A stretch of 64,000 nt of DNA from Eledone cirrhosa (taxonomy: Eukaryota): NCBI GenBank assembly GCA_964016885.1, contig OZ024759.1:14632001-14696000 (forward strand), given 5' to 3'. Shown here one piece after another: positions 31,854 to 45,742 of the stretch. The notes under the pieces were generated by a model. It did no database searches and was not told the DNA's origin. It worked only from the letters and a program-made list of their open reading frames with translations. The translations under genes and the position numbers were made by a program. The number at the start of each line of letters is the position of its first letter. The first letter of the stretch is position 1.

Positions 31854-32020
31854 TATATGTATGTATGTATATATGTATATATGTATATGGATGTGTATAT
31901 GTATGTATGTATATATGTATGTATGTATATATGTATGTATGTATATATGTATGTATGTGTATATGTATGTATGAATGTATATATGTATATGTATGTTTGT
32001 ATATATATATATATATGTTG

Positions 32021-32596
32021 TTCTGGTTTTATAATTTCACAAATTTTTACCAATAGAGAGAGATTCGGTTTTCTAACATATATAAGACTCTCTCATTGGA
32101 ATTCACACAACATCAACTAGGTAGATATGTATGCATGCTTGTGTAGATATGGATGTTATTGTATGTGTGCATGTGTATATGTTTTGCATCTGTACATGTG
32201 TATATGCAGTTATTAGATGTAACATTTTTGGAATGTTTTACATATTTTTACTGTTCCATTAATGGATTGTACTTGCAATTTCCTAACTAGTTGTGTTCTT
32301 TCTGTTCCTGTGATGCCCAGCTTCTCAAGATCTGTATTGAAGCAGTTACTAACATATCCCAGTGCCCCAATAAACACAGGCATAAATCTGAAGGTGTAAT
32401 CAGGGTGGAGTATCTGCAGATTTCACACAGTTTATTCTCCTTTTCGCTAATCTTTGATATTATATTGGCATCTGCTGGGCAGCTAATTTCCACTACAGTG
32501 CATGCCTTCTTTTCCCTGTCCCATATATAATATCTGGTCTGTTATGCCTGCACTTTATTGGGGTTTTTACTGGAACATTCCACCAGTACTCTTTCA
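32021..32596 (-). mobile_element. R4/Dong-like non-LTR element 3' fragment (RLE domain + 3'UTR)
   Basis: YWWNVPVKT..HNRPDI..WDREKKACTVVEISCPADANIISKISEKENK..FMPVFIGALGYV..RKLQVQSINGTVKICKTF (with frameshifts). Confidence 0.8.
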
Positions 32597-32670
32597 TATT
32601 ATGTACATATATGTATGTATGTGTATATGAATGTATGTATGCATATATATGTATGTATATATATATATGT

Positions 32671-33282
32671 ATGTCAGGTCACCAGTTGGTGCTACTGGTA
32701 ACATGTATCCCAGTACAACCTGTCTCATGGTCGGGTCGTTCGCGACTAAACTGGCTACCCCACCAAGGTTTCTTGGTGAGGAGGGTGACTTTGGACATCC
32801 TGCAGGACTAAAAACAAAACCTGTCAAAGAGCAAAGGAGCTCTTAAGAGTCAATGGCCATCCAAAATCACTGGGAGAGATGACCCCTTAGCCTTTGTCAG
32901 GGCAGAATTCTAGGAGAAGGAAAACTCTTATATAACACCTGCAACTCTGATGGTATCCAATGATGTTGACTTGTTCTTCTTTTTGGTAAATATCATCTTG
33001 GTTAAGAGAGTGGGACTGGCTTTGTGCAGTGCCTTTGCTCACTATAAAAGCTTCACGGCACAGGCATTGCTTTATATCTGGAGATTTCTCTGCACTTGTC
33101 GTCACATGGTACCATGGGCCTAGCACTATGTGTCAATAATTGTCACAGGTGTAGTGTTTGTACCAGAGTTTTCAAGTCGCTGGCTGGACTAAAGTCACAT
33201 TCGTTTAGCGCATCGGTAGGAGTTCTCCAACATGGATATAAAGTAGTGGCCGTACTCGAAAACGAGTTGGCAGCCACCATAT
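32671..33282 (+). mobile_element. Longest copy of the bipartite RTE-derived non-autonomous element
   Basis: GC-rich 5'UTR-like head, [17 protein letters not shown] finger, 3' end tactcgaaaacgagttggcagccaccat + (ATGT). Confidence 0.65.
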
Positions 33283-33508
33283 GTATGTATATATATATGT
33301 ATAAATGCATGTATGTATATATATATATGTATATATGTATATATGCATGTATGTATATGTATATATGCATGTATATATATATATATATATGTATATACAT
33401 ATGAATATATATATGCATGTATATATGTGTATATATTTGTATATATATGTATATACATGTGTATATATTTGTATATATATGTATATATATATATTTATAT
33501 ATATCTAT

Positions 33509-33937
33509 CTAAGGCGGGTAAAATTCCCGAGATCCATGGGCGAGTTCTCTCCAGCGGTCTCTGTCCCTCATTATCACTGCCATGTCCTGCGTCTCCAACG
33601 GACCAGTGTCTGTCCTTAGGGCATCAACATACGTTAACCTTGGTCTTCCTCTTCTAGTGTGTCCATGTAGGGGCTCCCAAAGGAGCACTGAGTGCAACGT
33701 CAACTCTGGATGTCGGTGAGCATGTCCAGCCAACCCCAGTCTCCTCTGTGTCACTTTTGAGCTGACTTTTGGGATGCTCCCATACAGCTCTGAGTTTTTC
33801 ATCCTCAGTCTATACTTATTAATGTTCAGAGCCATCCTCAGCATTCTCGTGTAGCACCCATCCACCATCTGAGTGAGTTTCTTGGTCAGTGTCCAAGTCC
33901 CAGACCCATACAGCAGCACAGAATCCACTACAGCAAT
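33509..33937 (-). mobile_element. 5'-truncated RTE LINE (copy 2)
   Basis: Near-identical to 3731-4159 with the same 5' breakpoint. Confidence 0.9.
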
Positions 33938-34175
33938 ATATATGTATATATATATAAATGTATATATTTATATATATATATACATAGACACATACGTATA
34001 TATGTATAAATATATATATATATATATACATATATACATATATATATACATATATATATACATATATATACAAATATATACATATATATATATATGTATG
34101 TATATATTTGTATATATATACATACATATATACATACATATATATATACATATGTATGTGTATAATATATAGATG

Positions 34176-34210
<35 letters not shown>

Positions 34211-35109
34211 ATGTGTATTTTTGCATAAATAAGTGGGAAGTTTTGTGTAAAACACCCTTAAAAACTGATATAGTGGTAGACAGTGTAGTTCTGATACAGA
34301 GCGAGCCTGGAACATTTTAAACTTGGCGGAGTCCATCCCTTCTCCGAGACAGGACATCCGATTTCTTCTAGAAAGAGAGTAAGAAAGAAAGCGATGGAGT
34401 GATGGAGAGAGAAAACACGAGATGGAGGGAGAGATGGAGAGAGGGTGAGAAAGAAAGAGAGTGAAGGAAGATAGGGAGAGAAAGAGAGTGAACAAACAGT
34501 GCGTGTGTGTGTGTGACAGTGGGAGAGGGAGAGAGAGAGAGAGAAAGGTAAAGAGGGACAGAACAAACGAGAAAGAGATATATATTTCTATTTATTTGCC
34601 ACCAGGGCATAAATGAGAAAGAGATATAGAGTAATAATTGGTTTCAATAGTGAGCTGGTAATAATTTATCGACCATGAAAGGATGAAAAGCAGCGCTGAG
34701 TTCAACTGTAGTTGATCTCGGATAGAAGTTGGCCGAACAAAGTTTTAAAGAAGATTAACGGTACCAAACTCTTCAGTCTCGGAGGGGCAAAAAAGCAAAA
34801 CAAGAAACGAATGTGATTAAATCGACTCCATTAATTTGCAGCAATCTACAACGGAAGAATAAAAGGTAAGATGCTGTTTGTTGCGTTTAGAAATGAATTT
34901 AAATATATATGTAAAGTCAAACGGCAAGAGACCCAGAGGTAGACCACAAACATGATGGTTGGATAACATCCATGAGCTCGCTTGGTCACACGTGCGAATC
35001 TAGCCGGATCAGTTAGTGATAGTTGTTTCTGACCGGACCCTCTGGAATGCGTATCTGAGGAGTCTTCCCTCATTACCCTCCCAGGAATAAGTGGGAGAAG
35101 ATGTAACAA

Positions 35110-35325
35110 ATCGACAGTCGATCGACTTTTGTCAAATCGGTCCGAGGAAACAATGTTTCCGTTGGTCTTTCTAATTGGTAATACTCTCTATCGGTCGCAA
35201 CTCCAGGTAGAAGGAGCAACGTGAAATAAAGTGTCTTGCCCAAGGACATAACGCATCGCCCGGCCCGGGAATCGAACTCACAACCTCACGATTGCGAATC
35301 CAATTCTCTAACCACTCGCCTTCAC
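35110..35325 (-). mobile_element. CORE-like SINE, second tail type (also 42106-42290 minus, 53861-54080 plus)
   Basis: tRNA head + ccttgggcaagacac core + tail tttcctcggaccgatttgac. Confidence 0.8.
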
Positions 35326-35805
35326 CATGTAACAAATGACGTGCTATATTATAGGAGTTGTCTGAGTTCAAATCCCGCTGAGGTTAACTTTGCCTTTCAT
35401 TCTTACGGGGTCGATAAAATAAAGTATCAGTCACGCACTGGGGTCGATTTAATCGACTTTTCCCTCCCCCCAAATTGCTGGCCTTGTGCCTATATAAGAA
35501 ACCAATATTATAAGAGTTGTCATGAGGGTGGTGGATAGGTCGTGTCGTTAGTGCCTCGAATGAAAGTCATTGCAGTATTTCGTAGAAAACTCTACTTTCT
35601 GGTTTTAAATGTAGTCGAAAGTAATTTATCTTTCAACCTTCTCAGGTCGATAAAATAAAGAACCTGTTAAATATGAACTAAGAGGCAGTTTCCTATTCTG
35701 TCAGACTTCGTGGACGATCGTTTGTCCGGGTATCTGAAGGTCGACTGATGATTACTCAGCTAGAGAGAGATTGGATGAATGAGTATCTGACTGATAAAAT
35801 GACAG

Positions 35806-36105
35806 TCAGTCCATCCCCACAGCCCCGGCGGACAGAATGGAGAAGGCGTTTCCCCGGAGGACGGCCAGGGAGACGCGCTGGAAGAGCCATTCCAGTTCGC
35901 GAGGCTCACACCTGCGGCTGGCCAGCTCAGCGCCTATGGTGGTGAGTAGGGAGGTAGCCCTAGGGGCGAGGACACCAGAAGTCTCCACTGCTAAGGGTAC
36001 AACCGCAAACCTGTCGGAGAGCGACCGGTATTTGGAGAGTTTGGCCCCCTCAGTCCCACGTGCAGCAGAACCCAAGTTAGTCGCAGACTAAACCAGGTTG
36101 CGGCT
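35806..36105 (-). mobile_element. CRE-clade 3' fragment (copy 2)
   Basis: GSAA..KLSKYRSLSDRFAVVPLAVETSG..QRVSLAVLRGNA. Confidence 0.85.
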
Positions 36106-36299
36106 GGGGGGTCACTATAATCGACTTTCCTCTCTACTCAGATATCTGAGGACGATTTGTTATGTCTTCATTACGTAGTGACAAGCTTTTGATTCCAGAG
36201 ACGGGCTAGATCGATACACATCGAACCTTGAACTGATCAAAAGCGAAACGCGCATCACTACTCAATAAATGCAATGTAGACATAGCAAATCACGGACAA

Positions 36300-36854
36300 C
36301 ATGCTTTCCAGCAGAGTTACGTGTCTTTACAGTCTGAGTTCAAATCCCGCCAAGGTTAACTTTGTCTTTCATCCTTAAGGGGTCGATAAAATAAAGTACC
36401 AGTAATACACTCGGTCGATTTAATCAACTTTCCCGTCCCCCCAAATTGCTGGCCTTGTGCCTAAAGTAAAACAAATTGTTGTTATATATGGGGTGGTGCA
36501 TTGGCAGTATCGGTAGAAAGTCTGACGCCTTGCTTCGCAGCATAGAGTTACGGCTCTTTACGTTCTGAGTTCAAATCCCACCGAGGTTAACTTTTGCCTT
36601 TCGTCCTTACGGGTTCGAGAAAATAAAGTACCAGTAATACACCTGGGTAATTGCTGGCCTTGTGCCAAAAGTAGAAACATTTGCCATGCTACGCTATGTC
36701 ATGCACACGTAGCTCCTGATGGAGTCATAACTGTGTCGTCTTTACAAACAGCGATTTTAGGGTATTTTAAACCTTTCAGAGCCCATCCCTTTCCATGTAG
36801 ACGATGTCTGCCAGAGAGAGAGAGAGAGAGAAAGAGAGTGAGAGAGAGAGAGAG

Positions 36855-36894
<40 letters not shown>

Positions 36895-37276
36895 GGAGAG
36901 AGCAAGAGGAAGTAAGAAAGAGATATAGATGAAAGACACAGTTGACCGTGGTGGGATTTGAACTCAGAGCACAGGGAACGGGAACGAATACTACCAAGTA
37001 ATCTATCGACATTCTAACAACTCTACCAACAAGCGGCTTATTTATTAGAATTGCTTCCCTTTAAAGTGCAGAGCGGTGTCAAGGGAAATAACTGTTTCTA
37101 CTTTAGGCACAAGGTCAGCAATTTTCCAGTGCATTACTGGTACTTTATTTTATCGACCCCGTAAGGATGAAAGGCAAAGTCAACCTCGGCGGGATTTGAA
37201 CTCAGATCGTAAAGGGACGTAACTATGCTGGAAAGCATGGCGTCCGACCCTCTACTGATACTGCCAATACACCGCC
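36300..37276. mobile_element. Cluster of Meta-like SINEs (36300-36480 +, 36490-36680 +, 36935-37025 -, 37093-37276 -)
   Basis: Repeated ctgagttcaaatccc / cctttcatcctt..gtcgataaaataaagtacc motifs. Confidence 0.8.
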
Positions 37277-37622
37277 TGTCAAGGGAAATAACTCAATTGA
37301 AAATACTGGAGTAATTTCCCCGGATTTCACACATTCTTAAATACAGTAAATATTGGTAGATATATCTGTCTCCTTACCTCTTACACCACGTGTGTCTGTG
37401 TATACACACACACACACACATATATACATAACAAAGAACAAAGAAGGTGTGGTAAGACACCATGTGGATCATAACGCACCAAAGTACTTAGGGTAGTAGA
37501 GTGGGCAATAGGAAAAGAATCAGGACCTTGACGGCTGAGCTCCGGTCGTTATGACTGCTAGATCCGAACTAAGCCTCACACTTTTCCTATATATGTATAT
37601 ATATATATATCTATCTATCTAT

Positions 37623-38140
37623 CTAAGGCGAGTAAAATTCCCGAGATCCATGGACGAGTTCTCTCCAGCGGTCTCTGTCCCTCATTATTACTGCCATGTC
37701 CTGCATCTCCAACAAACCAGTGTCTGTCCTTACGGCATCAACATACGTTAACCTTGGTCTTCCTCTTCTAGTGTGTCCATGTAGGGGCTCCCAAAGGAGC
37801 ACTGAGTGCAATGTCAACTCTGGATGTCGGTGAGCATGTCCAGCCAACCCCAGTCTCCTCTGTGTCACTTTTGAGCTGACTTTTGGGATGCTCCCATACA
37901 GCTCTGAGTTTTTCATCCTCAGTGTATACTGATTAATGTTCAGAGCCATCCTCAGCATTCTCGTGTAGCACCCATCCACCATCTGAGTGAGTTTCTTGGT
38001 CAGTGTCCAAGTCTCAGACCCATACAGCAGCACAGACTCCACTACAGCAATGAAGAGGCGGATTTTCAGGTCTCTACGAAGGTCCGACTTCCACACCGAT
38101 CTCAAGCTGTGGCACGCCTCCCAGGCGTTGCTCTTCCTCT

Positions 38141-38144
<4 letters not shown>
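37623..38144 (-). mobile_element. 5'-truncated RTE LINE (copy 3, longest)
   Basis: [46 protein letters not shown]..; TAGA tail. Confidence 0.92.
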
Positions 38145-38190
<46 letters not shown>

Positions 38191-38192
<2 letters not shown>

Positions 38193-40981
38193 GTCGTATG
38201 GTTGTTAGGATGCCTCCATAGGCGGTATGCACATTTGCTGATCATTTTACATAGAGATAGCAAATTGAGATGTGCTGAGGATGTCGACAGCATTGTGTGT
38301 GCTGAACTGCCGGAGAATGAGGCACTACGCAACTTGGTGGCAAAGTCAATGGTACACAACCAATGCGGAGTGGCAAATCGGAAAGCGCCTTGCATGAAAA
38401 ATGGCCAATGAAGTAAGCACTTTCCGAAATCTTTTGTCACGAACACTTCCTGGAACGATGGGGATGCTCATCCCTCATACAGAAGGCGGTCGCCTGCCGA
38501 TGACGGTTTGGTCGAAAATGTAAACGGTCGACAGGTTACAAATCAATGGATTGTGCCATACAATCCATATTTGATTATGAAATATCGTTGTCATATTAAT
38601 GTGGAAATTTGTAGCTCAGTGAAATTTGCAAATATCTATTCAAATATGTTTACAAAGGTCATGATCGGGCAATGATCAATGTTAGGAATGAGGAAGCCAA
38701 CCAAGGAGATGAAGTTGGCAGGTTCCAGGATGTTCGCTCGATTGGATCTAGCGAAGTTTGCTGGAGATTGTTCGATTTTCATCTCAATGAACGCAAACCC
38801 AGCATTCAGAAACTGACGGTTCACTTAAAGAATAGGCAAATGGTCTGTTTTCAGGACACTAGAAGAGGTGTTAAAAGAATTGCTAACGCACCACCTCCTA
38901 AGACGGAATTGACTGAGTGGTTCAAACATAATAGGGAACATGCTTTGAACCCGGATCAAAGACAACTCTACTGCGATTTCCCTTCGCACTATACGTGGGA
39001 TAAGAAGGGAAAGAAATGGAATGATAGAAAACAAAAGTTGAGATTCATGACTATTGGACGGGTTTGTAATGTCCATCCAGCATCTGGTGATGTGTTTTAT
39101 CTCTGAATTATGTTGCATAGTGATTTTTAGAGAGGTAAACAGAGCTTCGCTGATTTGAAAACAATCAATGGCGTGGAATATGAAACATACCAGGCTGTGT
39201 GTCAACATCTGGGACTCCTTCAGGATGACGCTGAATGGAATAACGCCATGGAAGCTGCAGGAACAGCACAGATGCCAGCTCAAATAAGGCAGTTTGTCAC
39301 GATTCTAGGATTCTGCAATCCTGCCGATCCAAGAGAGTTATTTGAACACCATTGGGGAATTATGGCTGATGATTTTAGGCATCATCTTCAGGTCGATGAT
39401 GAAAATTTGATGAAGGCTATTGTTTTGCTCAATATTGAGCAACTGCTTGAAGTTCATTTGAAATGTTTAAGAGATTTCAATTTGCCAATTCCTGATGAAG
39501 AAATGTGGCAACGTGTCTTAGCATTGAACATGAGATTGCAGCTTAGACGGTTGCCACTCGATCGGAGGAAACTATTCCAGTTTGATTGACTGGAACAGCA
39601 ACGTATTGTGGATGAACGTATGCCAATGTTGACCCAATCTCAGAGAGAATTGGTCGATGGCGTTCTCCACTCGATTTCCACTAATGAGAAACTTTGTGCT
39701 TTCATAGATGCTCCAGCAGGCACCGGAAAGACATTCTGTTTCAACACTATGTTATCGGTAGTCAGAGCTCAGAGGAAGATTGCTTACCCTGTGGCCACCA
39801 GTGGGATCACTGCCACTTTGCTGAGTGGTGGAAGGACCTTCCACTCATGCTTCAAGGCTCCATTGGCTCCGGATGAGTTGAGTGTCTGTAACATTACAGG
39901 ACAAAGTGAACTCGCAGGCCTTATACGCAATACGTCTCTGATTATTTGGGACGAGGCTCCAATGGCACACAGATATTTGCTGGAAGCATTGGACAGAACT
40001 TTGAGAGATATCTGCGGTAGTGACCTGCCATTCGGTGGTAAGACTATCGTTCTTGGTGGCGATTTCAGACAGGTGCTACCAATTGTTAAGAATGCTCAAA
40101 GAGCGCAAATTGTCGATGCATGTCTGAAAAAGTCCCCGTTGTGGCGCCATTTCAGAGTTTTGCGATTACACGATAATATGCGACTTCGTATGTTCGGGCA
40201 AAACGAAGAGGCTGAGACATACGGCCGATGGTTGATGCGGTTGGGAAACGATGAATTGCCACACGTTGAGAATCCCAGACAATTTGGTCATGCCACTGGA
40301 CCGCCAAGCATTGATTGACTGGGTGTTCCCTAATTTGAATGCTTTTTGGCAGAATATCTTCTGGATATCGGAACGCGTTATTCTAACTCATGCGAATTCA
40401 ACGGTCGATGAAATAAATTCACAAGTAGCCGGAATGTTTCCTGGAGAGGAATGGTTGACCGTCAGTGCGGATGCAATGGAGCCTAATCAGCAGAACAATA
40501 TGGATGTTCCGACTGAGTATCTGAATTCACTTCAAATACCCGGATTTCCCCCACATATTTTGAGGTTGAAAAAAGGTATGCCGATTATATTGCTTAGAAA
40601 TATCAATCATTAAATGGGTCTTTGCAATGGTACCAGATTGATTGTTGAGAGATTGATTAACGGAAGAGTTTTAGAAGCTAAACACCCAGGCAGAGAGGAA
40701 TCGGTTCTCATTCCGAGGATCATGCTGAGACCAAGTGAAGATCTGCTGCCATTCATTTGGTAAAGGAGACAGTTTCCCGTCAATTTGGCCTTCTCCATGA
40801 CTGTCAACAAGGACAGACTTTCAAGCGAGTAGGTGTCTACTTGAATGATCCAGCATTCAGCCATGGGCAACTGTATGTTGCTGCATCTCGAGTGTGCGAT
40901 CCTGATGGTATAAAATGTGCAATTGATACCACTAACATAGGAACAACCCTGAATATTGTCTATAATGAAGCTTTGGGCTGA
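38191..40981 (+). pseudogene. Helitron RepHel (HUH Rep + Pif1 helicase) pseudogene
   Basis: AHLLIIL (HUH remnant), NQWIVPYNPYL..HINVEIC..YLFKYVYKGHDRA, DAPAGTGKTF (Walker A), IIWDEAPM, GGDFRQVLP, GLCNGTRL, FSHGQLYVAASRV; many stops and frameshifts. Confidence 0.95.
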
Positions 40982-41885
40982 TGTATGCATATCTTTAATG
41001 CTATCAATAAGCGACGTAAATTATTCGGACATTGGTTTCCTTTCATCAGTATTGTGAGCTTTGGCAGAGTTATCATTTATGTTCAATGTCATTTATTGTC
41101 GATAATGAGCAATAAAAACCAACATGTATTGGTAGAAATTGCCTTCAAATTTATCGCTTCTGATTGCAGTGGTAATAAAACCTCATCATATGCTGAGTCT
41201 GGCAAAAAGTTTGGTGCCTATGGCCGGCCAGGGCTAGAGTAATATTGAAAAACGATTCTATTTTCGAAGTAGAAGGATCGCCATTTGGAGTTCAAACCAG
41301 GCCACCTCCCCGAGTTGAACTCTGGGCAATATTGACTGTCTATTACTCAGTGGCTAAGACCTGGAAATTACTGAATACATTTTTGTGTCATATAATTTCT
41401 TGTTTTATTATTATAGCTGACCACTTATAGATAAGCATGTTATCCATAACCATATTAATTTGGCATTTGTATAAACAATTTCAAGTAAATAGGGACCTTT
41501 TTTACATTGACGGACATATTTTATATTAATTATCTATACCTATATCTACATATAATATAAAAGATTGGAACTTCCATAATCCTTTTGAGAAACGTGGAAC
41601 AACCACGTCTATGCAATGATACACGTTTTAGAGTCAGCAGAAGATGAACCATCTCCTAGAGGTCACTATTCTAGGTGGGAGCACCTAGAATTGTTCATAT
41701 ACTATGCACAAATGGTACAACGAACAATCCGGTATATCTGGAAGATTTTTTTTACTGTTTTTTGTATCACACAGACATAAGGGAGTCGCCTCATACTGTA
41801 ACCAGACAAACATCCAATACAGTCATTTTCTCTTTTACCTGTCTTCTCTTATCTGTTTACCCGGGCGAAGCTGGTACATCAGCTA

Positions 41886-41886
<1 letters not shown>
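38191..41886 (+). mobile_element. Helitron (5'-truncated, decayed autonomous copy)
   Basis: RepHel remnants plus 3' terminus cccgggcgaagctgg hairpin followed by CTAG|T (41883-41886). (TA)n on both sides. Confidence 0.88.
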
Positions 41887-41937
<51 letters not shown>

Positions 41938-42664
41938 ATTTATATATCGATCCTAGTGTCGAGCCCAACCACTGCCGATCGCACCTTGAAATAATCAATC
42001 ATGGAATGCACGTCACGTGTAAATAAATATATTGATATTATATCGATACTTCGAACCTGCACAAAATCATTATATATATATATATATATATATACATAAA
42101 AAGGATCGATCGATTTTGGTCAAATCGGACCGAGGAAGCAATGTTTTCGTCGGTCTTTCCAGTTGCTAATACTATCTATCAGTCGCAACTCCAGGTAGAA
42201 GGTGGAACGTGAAATAAAGTGTCTTTTCAAGGACATAACGCATCGCCCAGTCCACAACCTCAAGATTGTGAATCAAATTCTCTAACCACTATATATACAC
42301 ACTATATATATATACATATATATACACACACGCAGAGATAACGAAGCCAATGTACAGAATGGTTTTCGTAATGCAGACAGATATTATAAGGGCGCGGCGT
42401 TATAGCTATGTATCTATCTAAAAAGGCAGACTAAGAAAGAGAGAGGAATGCCGTATTACCAGAAGTGTTGACATCTGAAAATTTTAAAGAAGTGAATATT
42501 TAAATAAACAATAAAATATATTTAATCTTTTAACTAAATTTAGTAGACAAAAATACCCTCACTTTCTTTCTTACTTGGAAAAAGTTAGATCTATTGTGCA
42601 AATTTGGTACTGTTTGGTACAGCCGTTTGGCGAAAGGTTTGTTACATACATACGGCCGTCAGCT

Positions 42665-42696
<32 letters not shown>

Positions 42697-42724
42697 GATA
42701 TATATAATAGATATATATATATAA

Positions 42725-42756
<32 letters not shown>

Positions 42757-42864
42757 GTGTGTATGTGTGAGTGTATGTGTGTGTTTGTGTGTGTGTAGTC
42801 ACTCTAACAGACACACACGTACATACACACACACGTATATATATAAAATATAATTTAATATAAT

Positions 42865-43038
42865 AAATGTTTCTACTTTTGGCACAAGGCCAGCAATTAC
42901 CCAATGTATTACTGGTACTTTATTTTATCGACCACGTAAGGATCAAAGGCAAAGTTAACCTCGGCGGGATTTGAACTCAGAATGGCAAGGGCCGTAACTC
43001 TATGCGTTACGGCCCTTGCCATTCTGAGTTCAAATCCC
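42865..43038 (-). mobile_element. Meta-like SINE ending in a perfect 33-bp fold-back
   Basis: Arms 42966-42998 / 43006-43038, loop tctatgc. Confidence 0.85.
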
Positions 43039-44564
43039 AAACACAGTTATATACATATATGTGTTAATTGTAGGGGACTATTCTGAGTTTCTAACTCAAT
43101 ATGTGTGTGTGTAGTCACACAGACAGATACACACACACACACATACACACACACACACACACATATTTATACATTGTTTAAAGAAAAATAACCACAGATT
43201 TCAATCAATTTAAGATATTTAACGTTTTAACGTTTCAACTGTACAACATAATGTTCTTACTGTGTAATCCAGCTTTGTTCTATTATGAAGGAATTGTTCA
43301 TTTAGTTGTATTATTATTGATTAACTTCTTTTGATATAAAGGGACATTCCAACTGTAATCCATCTCTTTTACCCTGAAGAGTTGCTGAGGACGAATCGAT
43401 GGATAATCTGTATGATTATCGCATCATTAGTACAATTGATTTACCATTTAATTATTGATTAATTGTAAATTTATTCTCATTAATCGAAACAACCATTGAA
43501 ATGTTTTAAATTGAGTGAAATCTCTGGTTGTTTTTCTTTAAACAATATTATATTTTCTGTGATATTGCTTATCTTAAATTGTTCAGATTTTGCTTCGTCG
43601 ATTTTAACAATGGATTCGTTTTGCTTGCATGATTGTTGATGATAACCCACTGAGCTTCTTTTCATCTTGATAAATATAACTTCAGTAGATTTCTCCATTT
43701 ATAACAATTCATTTTGTATATATATGTATACACCTCGCTACACGCACACACACGCAGGCGCGCGCACGCACACACACACACGCACACGCACACACATATA
43801 TATATGAGATAGGGTGTATTAAAATACCAGGTGGGCCATAACCCAACAGAGTCCTCAATAGTTGCGGTAGTAGAGTGGGGAATATGAAAAGATTCAGGAC
43901 TCCCGACGGCTGAGCTCCAGCCGTTTCGATAGGTAGATCCGAACTAAATACACGATATTTAGAAGGACTAAACCAGCCATTTATTCCAAGGTTAACCACT
44001 GCCCTTTCACTGAGCACTCCCGGAGAAAAAAACCCCCCAAAAGTTTTAAGATTTTTTGCTTTGACTGTATGCCCATATATGGACTACCCATTGACAAGTT
44101 CAGCTAGATTCCCGCCTTTCAAATACTGGCGCTTTTGTTTGATGTTAGCTGTCGAAACGGTTGGACGTCAGTCGCCAGTGTCCTGAATCTTTTCATATAT
44201 ATATATGTGTGTGTGTATATATATGTATATATTGGAGTCCACCTGGTTGTGGTGCGGCTGATAACGTTATTAGAACTCAATGTATCCTAGGAAGGATAGT
44301 TGCGGCAAGATTCGGCAGTGTGACCAGTAGTTTTTGTGATAGGTGGTCACAGCTTAAGGTATCCGTGAAGAAAATTAATCCAGGTTACAGAGTCATTTAC
44401 ATATATGTGTGTTTGAACAATAACATAGAAGTAGGCAGAGCGTTAGTTCATTGCTTTACGATCGTTTCAGAGGGTCAACTGAACGGTAGAAATCGATATA
44501 TCGACTAGCATGGTAGTGATTAAGTTACTACAGATCCTGTTCAATGTACCGTCTTTCTCAGAAA

Positions 44565-44638
<74 letters not shown>

Positions 44639-44758
44639 TAAGATCGATCTAGATTACCCATTATACATACATGTATATAGATATATTGTTGTACAAACTT
44701 GGTATAAATATCCAAAAGTTTAGATATATATATTATATATATACATATATACTGTATA

Positions 44759-44801
<43 letters not shown>

Positions 44802-44828
44802 GATACATACACATATATATTATATATA

Positions 44829-44890
<62 letters not shown>

Positions 44891-44896
<6 letters not shown>

Positions 44897-45115
44897 ATAC
44901 TTGGGGAGGGTCATATTGTTGTAATATTTCCAGAAATAATAACAGAACACACTCACTATTTGGTTGGTTTTCGCTTCTGTATCTTTTATATCTTATTAGT
45001 TAATTTATTTATGGAGATATACAAGATACACAAGCGAAAACCAACCAAACAGTGAGTGTTCTGTTATTATTTCTGGCAATATTATAACAATATGACCGTC
45101 CCCAAGTATAACAAT
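44891..45115. repeat. ~225-bp fold-back element abutting (TA)n
   Basis: attgttatacttgggga..tttggttggttttcgctt / aagcgaaaaccaaccaaa..tccccaagtataacaat. Confidence 0.85.
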
Positions 45116-45258
45116 ATTTATTTCGACACACGATTCCATATAAAAAACCTTGCAAAACAAATATATATATATACATACATACATATATATATGTATGTAT
45201 GCAAGTATATATATATATATATATTATATATATACAATATAAACAAATTTATCATTAT

Positions 45259-45309
<51 letters not shown>

Positions 45310-45409
45310 CATATATAACCAAAGATTACTATGATTCGTTGATTAATTAACAAATACAATTTTACTATAGATTAGAAGCACTCGACTAGAGATTTTCCTG
45401 GAGTATTTA

Positions 45410-45742
45410 ATATTATTCAAAATGTTAATAAATGAAAAAAATATTCTCGTAATCAAAATATATATTTTATTATACATATTTCAAAGGTACAATGGTGTTT
45501 AAGTACGTTTTCATCAGACAAAATATAAGATTTGATATGTGACATTTCGCTACGGTTTTGATTATTGAATTCCAGTATTGGCAATACTGGAATTGAATAA
45601 TCGAAACCATAGCGTTATGTCACATATCAAATCTTATATTTTGTCTGATGAAAACGTACTTAAACACCATTGTACCTTTGAAATATGTATAATAAAATAT
45701 ATATTTTGATTACGAGAATATTTTTCATTTATTAACATTTTG

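Noticed and set aside
35735-36275. HHR-like pieces (CTGATGA 35746, CTGAGGA 36146, GAAACGCG 36245)
   Set aside because: Cannot be assembled into one core with pairing stems.
39608-40318. Host PIF1 helicase gene
   Set aside because: Linked to a Rep domain, intronless, disrupted, with a Helitron terminus.
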